NCBI GenBank assembly: GCA_012295275.1
Contig: CM022670.1
Location: 1,364,001-1,428,000, forward strand
DNA from: Chrysomallon squamiferum
Taxonomy: Eukaryota; Animalia; Mollusca
DNA length: 64,000 bases
Reading direction: 5' to 3'
Shown: positions 54,801 through 64,000 of the stretch, piece after piece
How the letters are laid out: every line of letters begins with the position of its first letter
Numbering within the stretch: position 1 is the first letter of the stretch
Notes under the pieces: generated by a model
Told to the model about the DNA's origin: nothing
Databases searched by the model: none
What the model saw: the letters and a program-made list of their open reading frames with translations, nothing else
Translations under genes and position numbers: made by a program

Positions 54801-57800
54801 CAGAAGATAAGGTAACAAAGTTTGTGATAAATATGCTTCATATTTTGGAAGATCTAAAGACCTTGGATATTGTCCATGGAGATATTAAAGGTAAGCACTA
54901 TAATTAATCTCTTGTTAGAATATAATTAAAGCTTGATAACATGTATAATATTATCTTAAATTTCATAAAAGTGGTTTCTGCATTGACAGCAAATTGTCTC
55001 TCTTCATGACTTTGCCAGATAATTTCAAACAATATATTTAACATGTACATGTCTTCTTTAGAATGGCTTACATGCTTTCAAATACAATGCATTGTATACA
55101 AAATAAATTCCAAGAACTTCCAATGATTTTTAAGTGGTTTTATTAGATTTCCACAACATTTATATTTTTTTGTATCACTTTCTCTAGATATTCAACTGTT
55201 TCTTGGGGAAAATATTCTGTTGTGTATTTCTAAAGGGGTCCATTTCAGGAATTCTACATACTGCTTTGATTTTTGTTTTGTATGAAACCATGAAATTTTT
55301 GTTAATTCAGTATATGCAATCTGTTTTTAATGGAAATAATAATCCATTCAGGATTTTGTGCCCAATGTAGGTTTTAAGTAATTCGTATCTCACCTCAGTT
55401 ATTGATTTTAACATTTTATTTAAATTTCATTTTAGTTTAGCTTAGTTTTTTACATTTAGGAGTTACACTGCAAAAATAGAAAAACTGAAAGATCCAATAA
55501 AATTACCAGTTTCACAGTAATATAGTTTGTGGAAAAATACTAAGATAATCATCTTAAGAAATAGTTACAATTCTTCTATGGAAAGTTACTTGTTTAAAGC
55601 ATGGTAGCATGTATACACAACCTAAATATTACATATTGTTACATTTCAAAATTATTATTTTAATTAGAATTATAGTAAAATAGCTCCTGAGGATGCTTGA
55701 AAGCATTTTCCTTTTTATTGTTATAGCATTTTGTACATAGAAGCATATTTTAAAAGTATAACTTCAGATTTAATTAACTGTTTTGAAATGATTATTTCTT
55801 CACTATATCAGGCTTAGTTTACATTTCTTTTTATAAAAATGACATTACAGTGCAACTACAGTTGTTATTTTTTTAAATAATCATTATTAGCAAAGACTGA
55901 TTGCCGGTAATAAAATAAATTTACTTGCATGTAAGCAAAATGGATATAGATTGGTTGGCCTAATAAACTTGAAGAAAAAATAAAATAAATGAATGAAATG
56001 TCTTATTGGTTTTGCAGCAGAAAATATCTGCCTAAGACAACCAAATGATGTGGAGTCTTCAACATTAATAGACTGGGAGAGCGCAAAGAATCCAATGTTT
56101 AAATTAAATTTCAGAGGTTTGTACATTCAGTGTATAAACTTTTAAGAATGTATACTAGTTCTTTGTTGAAATTACTTCTTTATTGTTTTCAGTAAAATTA
56201 AAACATTTATGAAAAAATACTTAATTACATTAAAAAATATTAGTATAATCATTATTATTATTAAATATCACTGTTTAATTATAAAAGTTTTTGGGGAGAA
56301 TGTATGTATCAGTTTTTGTTGTGATGAGGTTACATATAAAATTACACATAAATATAATTTTAAATTAATATTTTCATCTAGGGACACAGTATTATTGTCC
56401 ACCATGGTTAAAAGACATTACACGAAATAAATGGAATGAGTTACAGTCAATGGATCTTTGGGCAGTTGGTATATTAGCATGTTTCCTTGCAACAGGAAGG
56501 TTACCCTGGACAGACCTGAAAAGTTCACCAAGAAATGTGGTTGAATATGTAAGATAATTTTAAAATTTTCCCCCTTATCTCCCTTTTTTTTTTTTTTTTT
56601 TCTTTTTCAATCTTGCTTTTAAATTTTTTCATGTGATATCATTTCATAACTCAGAGGGTTGAATTTTAAAGATACCCAATTAATATAGCAAGATATTTTA
56701 CTAAAGAGTATTTGTAATTCTTCCTTTAAAAGGAAAGTACATCTGCTGGTAATGAATTCTGACAAAATAATAATAAGATTGGTTTTTTTGGGGGGTGGGT
56801 CATTTCATAAAAATAAAATATATGATAAACTGAGTGTCTGTAAATTATTTCAAAACAGGTACATAATCAGTCATTCATGATTTTTAAAAACCTTTTCATT
56901 CATGATAAATTTAGGAATATCAATTATTTTAATATTAATAAAGATGAATAAACAGAAACTATATTCATTTGAAATTATCCCATATGCATCACATTATTTT
57001 TATACAGTGGTAATATATTCAAATATTTAAATTAAATTGTTTTAGATACAAAAACATCCTGAAGAAATTGAGAACTACTATCCTGCTACTGAGGGTCCTT
57101 TAGCTAAACTAATTCAAGGTATTCTTCCAAAAAGTGGAAAACTCAGTGATCAGATAAGCATTGAGGAGTGTCTACATATACTTGAAGGTAATTACAAAAC
57201 AAAAGAGATGGTTCTTTTCTTAAGTTTAAATTTCAAACTGATTAGAAAATGTCAGTTTAGTTTAGTTGTTTTCTTAGAAAATATCATTGTAAGAACATAA
57301 CCAACTTTGCATGTCTTAAGGATTTGACTGAAAGTCAATTGTAGAACACCATTCCTGTTAACATAAGGTTTTAATAAAATGATACAACTTTTTATTATTA
57401 TTATTGTTTTTGTCGCTGATACACATGTAGTCAAGGATTTATTTTGAATTATAACTGAATGTTTAACTTTCATTAAAACATAATTTAAGCAAAATATTCT
57501 TTACATAATTATATAAGTGAAATTTTACACCAGAAAATATATTATGTCACATAATTGTTGTAGATCAAGGAAAGAACTTAACAGTGAAGTTCCGAGGGGA
57601 AACCTTTACAAATATTCCATGTGGTCTCAAGTTTAAAGATATTCTAGCTATTAGAAGGATTCAAAGAAAGGTATAACTTTATAATATTATCACAGTTAAA
57701 ACAAATAAATAAAATCAACTGCTTTCTTAACATCAGTTGAATGTATCATAACAAGATTAACTAGAAACTAATAAATCAGTTCATACAAAATGCATCCAGA

Positions 57801-58607
57801 ATTTTATTTCTGGGAACCCAAATCAAAACATTTGTACCAAATTAAAATATTTTACAGTACTTGTACAAAAATCTAAGCAAAATCTAAAACAGCTCACTGA
57901 TAAATGTTATTTATATTCTGGAATTTTTGTCTAAAATTTAGAATGAACAACATTCAGAATAGGTCGTTTTTTGCTGGTAATGGCTCAGCTTTTGAAATGT
58001 ACTTCTTTAGACTGAAATAACAGTTTAGACAGAAACCATTGTGTATACCAACATAACTAATTATCTTTTGATTTTTCTCAACTGATGTTACCTTTGTTAT
58101 GAGCAGAAACCAGTTTGTTAATAAATATAAGCACATTTAAAATTATCTGCTGTAGTTGAACAGCTTCAAACCAGAAACACCTTTTTTATTTTATCAACTA
58201 ATAAACAATAAAGTTTTGTCAGATCTATTACATTTTGAAAATTATACAAGTTTAATATGTAATATCTAATTAAATTATTAATCTTCTATATCTGTGTATA
58301 TATTCTTTGTTACTAATTGTTTTTAAAATAAAATTCACAAATGAAAATTCATACTTTAGAAAAATAAAAATGCACAAGAGAAACCTAATACAGATTTTAC
58401 TGTTGCCTTAGTAAACAATATATTAAGATGTTGTTACTATTCTTTTTTTTTTTCTTTTTTTTTTAGATTCAACAGATTAAGATACAAGAATCATGTTTTC
58501 AGCATGGAGTTAGTACCTGGCTCAAAACTGATGGAAAACTTGTGTTTTTACATGGCAGTCAGAAAATGAAAAATGATTTTGAAATGGACATAACACCACC
58601 AACCTAA
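51842..58607 (+). CDS. Divergent Ser/Thr kinase-fold protein, MAP3K8(COT)/MAP3K14(NIK)-like, ~479 aa from the most conservative ATG
   Basis: Exons 51842-51908, 52165-52196, 52593-52889, 53172-53285, 53699-53849, 54768-54890, 56018-56116, 56382-56548, 57046-57187, 57564-57670, 58467-58607 (TAA); 1440 nt, all phases match. Kinase motifs: FVIKLIP, RQEL, IFMEYVSG, IVHGDIKAEN, LIDWE, GTQYYCPPW, DLWAVG, TGRLPW. The family assignment is from remembered similarity (KLIP, IFME, HGDxKAxN, GxxPW), and the 5' end is uncertain. Confidence 0.85.
53920..54486. mobile_element. Non-autonomous Tc1/mariner-pogo (Tigger-like) DNA transposon/MITE in a kinase intron
   Basis: Left end TA|CAGTGGTACCTTGAGTTATGAG; right end CTCATAAGTCATGGTACTTCTG|TA (18/22 inverted match). 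TA flanks both sides and there is no transposase ORF. Confidence 0.85.
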
Positions 58608-58819
58608 AAGAACAAATAATCAAACTTTTAAAAGAGACTATTTTACCAAAAATTTGTATTTTATGCAAGAGTAATTAAAATGTATGCTAACCAATCTTTG
58701 TTAAGTATCACATTTATTTTTCATTTTGATTAAAGAGTAACCCACTAATTTATTTTGTTCTAATCACATAAATGCTTATGGTTTGGTGCAGCTTTTTGTG
58801 TCAGTTGTCAATTATGTCT

Positions 58820-59075
58820 GGGAATTTGGGGACCAATGAGGCATGGGTACATTGAGTCACCCCATAAATTTCTGACCTCAAAATGGCAGTGACTTCTATC
58901 CACCATCAATGCAACTATTATACATGTTACTTTCTCCCATATTGTTCAGACAGCTATCAAACTCTAAATTGTAATCAAGAGCAATAAACATCAACTGTTT
59001 TTCAGTCAACAGGTATCAAGGTTTGGATGAAATGTCCAAATATCTTAAAAATGGCTCATTGGTCCCCACTTTCCC
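58820..59075. mobile_element. MITE-like element with 25-bp terminal inverted repeats downstream of the kinase stop codon
   Basis: GGGAATTTGGGGACCAATGAGGCAT (58820-58844) vs ATGGCTCATTGGTCCCCACTTTCCC (59051-59075): 22/25 inverted match. Confidence 0.75.
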
Positions 59076-60368
59076 CTGTGCTTTTCAGATTTTATAAATA
59101 GATGAATGCCTTTGTAGAAATTAGATAAAAATTGTTTCTGTAAATTCTTTGTTCATTTTGCACTTTTTGTATTAAAATGCTTTTTAATGTTTCTGTGATT
59201 CTCTTCATTCAAATTATTGTCTTGTGTTGGGGGTTTGGGGGGTTACCGTTTTTCTTTTCTTCTTAAATGTGTAGCATGAGAAAAAACAGCAGAACTAACA
59301 ATTAACAACTTTTATTTTCAGACTGAAGATTGATTCTAATTAATCAGTGTGAATATAATACAAACATTTTGCAGTAAAAATTTGTCACAATCTTCTAAAT
59401 ACAAAATTATGCACATTCATAAGTGTATCTTCATTTACCTTAGTAGATTCATATGGCTTAAATAAAAAAAATAAAAAAAAAAAATAAAATATGATATAAT
59501 AAATGGTTTTTTCTGCCAATGAAGATAAATGGAAATTAATATATTACTTTATATTGTTACAGTTCTGTAGATAAATAGGGAAAAAAAACAACATGACAGG
59601 CTGAATAACTGCATAACTTTCCTACATTTAGTGTATCAGATATTTTAACATTACTGTTCATGATAAATGGTGGAACTGTTCACCTCCTAGGGATTTAACG
59701 AACTTTAGTTGTATACTTCGTTATTAGCCATGTCATTTTATTTTTATTTTAACAAAAACATTTACTTGGAAGTAGTTAATTTACAAAAGAATAGTTTGTT
59801 CAATCAACAAGGTAACAAAATGTATAAAACTTTTTTTTTTTTAAATCATTAGTCTCCTGGTCTGGGCATCATTTGGAATTTATTGACTGGGTCAGGAGTT
59901 TTAATAGGCATTTTAATAGATATTTGACGCAACCAAACATTTTATGTCTTGCTACAAAAATAAAAATACTTACACTATCTTCAATAACATTATGAATTTC
60001 AGGCTGTTATGTAAATGATAAATTTAAACTAAATTCACATTAGATATTTTGAATTTTGATCACTATATTACCTATATATCTTTGTAAAATATTCAGTATA
60101 TATTAAAAGCGATACTAATGAGTTTCTTTCTTCAATATTCACATGTATGTGAAAATTACCAGTTTAAAAGAGTAATTGCATTGTTAATAGTATAAAATCT
60201 GATGGAAATTGTAATATTCTGGAGTCTGACTGGCATAAAGCAAATTAGTCTTTGGAATATGTGATCATCTCTTACTGTGACAAATTAACATGTCAGAGTT
60301 TAGGTGTTTTAACATTCCATATTTTCCCATGTTGTCTGTTAACAGTTTCATTAATCATCCTTAACTAT

Positions 60369-63300
60369 TTATTTAGTTTCCAGAGTCTCAATTGTTACTT
60401 CAATCTCAGGATGTTCCTCACAGTGACTTAGAAAGTTTTCCAGTAACATGAATGTCTTCTCACATACAGAACACTTGAAGAGCTCCTGTTCTGTGTACAC
60501 TTCTGATACTGAATCTGGGTTTTCAGTCACCACAGTCGTTTCACCTCCAACAGGCAAAATGAACTCATCCTCTTCTTTCTCCAGCTTAATGGCCTGGTCC
60601 ATTGCCAGTATGATGACTGAATGTTCTTCTGCCTGCCTCTTTTCACACATTTTACAAATGAAAGGCTCGTCACCATCTTTCAGTCCATAGTTCTTCCCAC
60701 AGAGACAGCATTTTACCAGGGAGCATGTGGATGGCACTGGTTTCACTTTTTCCTCGATGTACAGTGTGTCATAGTCTGTGTGTCGCTTTTCATGTTTCTC
60801 TAGATGAGACTGCAATTTGAATTTCCTATTACAAATGGAGCAAGCAAACCTGGTATCAAATTTGTGAGTTTTAAGATGCAGCTCTAAGCCAGTGTCAGTG
60901 TTAAAATATCTCCTGCATTTGTTGCAGGCATACCGAGCTTTTCTGTGAATCTTCATATGCTTGTTCAGATCTCCCATGTCTATGAATGTCTTGTCACACT
61001 CCATGCACTTACAGGGTCGGTGGCCAGTATGTCTGGCTGAGTGATGCTGAAGATGGTAGATGGTAGCAAAACGTTTCTCACAGTGAGTGCACTGGTGAGG
61101 TCTCAAATGAACATTAGCATGTTTCTCCAATGAGCGTTTTTCTGTAAAGCCTTTGTTGCACAATTTGCATTTGAATTCTCTCTCGAAATGAATCCGGCAG
61201 TGAATTTTCTTGTGGTAAGGTGAGGCAAATCTTTTGCCACATACTTCACAAACATATGGTTTTATCCCAGTATGAGAAATCATGTGCTTTCTCAGGACCT
61301 GCTGATTTGAGAATCTGTCACCACACAAGTCACACACTAGAGGCTTCTCATGGGTCTTCATGTGGCAGGCTATCTTGTACTTTGTAGGGAAAATTTTATC
61401 ACATTTTTCACAGTTCAGTGGAAATGACATTTTTTCATGGGCTGATTTTCTATGCTGTTTAAGATCCACAGACTGATCAAAAGTGGCTTCACAGAAGTTA
61501 CACTTGCATTTGTTCATTTCTTTGTGACACTGATTGTGACCATCAAGGTCTTCCTGACTGAAAAACCCAATATTGCAATCTGCACACTTGAACACTTGGA
61601 TGGGTGGTCGATTTTCATGGACAATCATATGTCGCTGAAGGTTTCTCTGTGTAGCAACCATTTTGCCACAAACACTGCAAGGATAAGGACCTTCGGTATG
61701 TGTCTTCATGTGCTGGCGTAGGTCCTCTTCCATTGCATATCTCTTATCACACAGATTGCAAGCAAAGTTTCTAATACCTGAATGTTTCACCATGAAGTGT
61801 CGTTTCAAATGAAAAGCCTTGTTGAATACTTTGGGACATCTATCACATGGAAACCTCTTGGAGAATGCTTCATTGTTACCTATGGAATGTTGATGTTGAA
61901 GATGGCGAAGGTAGTCATGTCTGTGCAAAAATCCCTTGCCACATATGTCACAGCAAAATGGTTTTGTTCCTCTGTGCTTGTGCATGTGAATGTTCAGTTT
62001 GTAAGACTGTGTAAATGACTTTCCACAAATCTGACATGTTGGTTTTGGTTTTGGTTTTTTCTCTTTTTTCACCTTCTCTCGACTATGAGCCTTGAGATGT
62101 TGATTGAGATGCGACAGAATACCAAATTCTTTTCCACACAATTCACAAACATGCTGCTTTTCTTCTACAGACATGTGCATTCGGGCAATGTGGCTCTAAT
62201 AAAACAAAAACATAAAATGTAATAAACTGAGAATGTTAATATTTTAATCTAATATCTTATAAATTATTTCTTACAAGTATTTCTCTTTTCTGTTTTTTTT
62301 ATGTTCCTAAAATAAGATTAAAGTGACGCAAGATTCAAGGAAACTATACCAACGTAAATAATTTTTATTAATCTCATCTAATTAAGTATGGTCAATTATA
62401 TCTCATAAAAACTTTTATCAGTTTATAAATAAACATACTGCTGTTTTTCCTTTCCTCTGGTATAAATACAAAATATTTGTTTGTAATCACATATAAACAA
62501 TTTGACAATTTCACTCAATCTTTACTTATGGAATATGCACTAGAACCCGAGGTTCAAAAATCATTTACTCTTCACAATGAACTAACTATTGCCAGCAGTT
62601 ACATAAAAAGTATATGCAATGCTGCTTCACTAACACCAGGAAAGTATATTATCAGTACCTATAATGAATAATACCAGTCTAAATGACACCAGATATTATA
62701 TCTCAAGAAGACAGAAGTATAGAGAAGAAAGTGAAGAAGTGAATAAAACGTAAACTCAAACCTTCAGACCACTATGTTCAGTAAATCTCTTGTCACAGTG
62801 TTCACAAGCATAAGGACGCTCCCCTGTGTGCGTCATTTTGTGTCTTATTAGATGTGCTTTACAACGTAGAACTTTGCCACACATTTCACATATCTCTTTA
62901 TTCTCTACTGCAGTTTTCAGTGGCACATCAGAAGGAGGGTCATCTGGGTTATGTGCTTTCAAGTGTCGATTCAAATCATACTGGTCATTAAATGCTCGTG
63001 GACATTTGCTGCACTGGAATGGCTTCTCACCAGTATGACTCCTATAATGTCTAAGTAGTTTGTAAGCACCTGGGAAACTCTTATTACAGACAATACAGTG
63101 AAGAAGTTGCTTAGAACTAGTTTTAGGTGCCTCGGAATCATTTAACTCAGTGCAGGTGTGGTCAAGAAGTTCAATCTCGCTGGCAAAGGCAAGGTCACAG
63201 GTATCACACTGATGAGGTTTTTCAGCTGTGTGTGTCCGGATATGTTTCACAAGATTACGATTACTGGAGAACCGCTTTGAACAGATATCACAATAAAAGT

Positions 63301-64000
63301 TTGTTCGATGTTTGGCATTTTTGTGTTTGGAAAGTTCTTGTTTAGTGTCAAAGGCATCTGAACACATGTCACAGGCAAATATATCACTATCATCTGCATG
63401 CTCAATAGCATGTCGCTTGAGCTGACTTGCCACAGAGAAAGTTTCTCCACATTCTGGACACATGAATTGGTCCTTATCATCATCGTTCATCTGTTCTAAC
63501 TTCACAACAGCTGTCAGCTTGTTGTTTTCATGATTATCCTTTGTATACTGACTCATTGATTTGTCACCTGTTCTTGGTGATTTTCTTGGACGACCAGGAG
63601 TTCTTTTCACAACATTTTCAACAGACTTCTTCCTACTTGCACTTCGAGTAACTCTGTCAGAAGGAGGTACAGTAAACTGAGGTGTTGAACACTGTTGTTC
63701 TGCCTTCATTTTTGATTTGGACTTATGTGTTTTGCTTTCTGGAGAACATGCCTGAGTTGTGTTATCCTCATTTTCACTTGTTATTTCCTGCTTCACAATG
63801 GCTTGCTGGGGATATACTGAAATCTGCATCAAACTGGTGGATGTATCAGTGGTTTCCTGATTACCTTCACAGCGTCCACAACTCTCCTCCATTAGAGTCA
63901 CATCACTACTGAAATCTGTCTGTGTGCAAGCCTCTTGTTTTGGGGACAAAAATATCTGCAACAATGTATTCAGATCTTCTAGATTCAGGGCTGTTTGAGT
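60369..64000 (-). CDS. Multi-C2H2 zinc-finger protein (~25 fingers, one AT-hook), 5'-partial
   Basis: Two large exons, >64000-62762 and 62195-60369 (TAA). The intron (aag|gtttga ... attag|agc) splits one finger, CEHCDKRFTEHSGLK|SHIARMH. TGEKPF-type linkers and the AT-hook RTPGRPRKS are present. The frame stays open to the window edge. Confidence 0.95.

Noticed and set aside
59059-59067. TTGGTCCCC, identical to the start of miR-133
   Set aside because: The match does not extend, and the sequence is part of a MITE terminal repeat.
60448-63912. Plus-strand and alternate-frame ORFs overlapping the zinc-finger gene
   Set aside because: Shadow ORFs of the real minus-strand CDS. The same applies to 33820-34097, 41932-42141, 42681-42998, 44593-44775 and 52490-52885 at the other genes.

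Overview
AT-rich, microsatellite-dense eukaryotic genomic DNA. It is an invertebrate, and the dispersed repeats resemble gastropod elements (inference). Bases 1-24 kb hold no recognisable coding gene, but they contain a diverged ~3 kb tandem duplication with two almost invariant islands and several enhancer-like blocks. Bases 24-64 kb hold four spliced genes, reconstructed by hand with consistent exon phases: SLC17A9/VNUT (-), LTV1 (-), a divergent COT/NIK-like kinase (+, head-to-head with LTV1), and a ~25-finger C2H2 zinc-finger gene (-, running off the right edge). The main observation is that SLC17A9 carries two pairs of tandemly duplicated, intact, equal-length exons (100 nt 4a/4b and 97 nt 7a/7b). 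Each pair must be spliced mutually exclusively, and the pairs swap the cavity-lining helices TM4/TM5 and TM7, so one locus could encode up to four transporters. The kinase lacks the Gly-rich loop, DFG (DWE instead), the APE Glu and its partner Arg, but keeps the catalytic Lys/Glu/Asp/Asn. All comparisons to known proteins and repeats are from memory, not from database searches.
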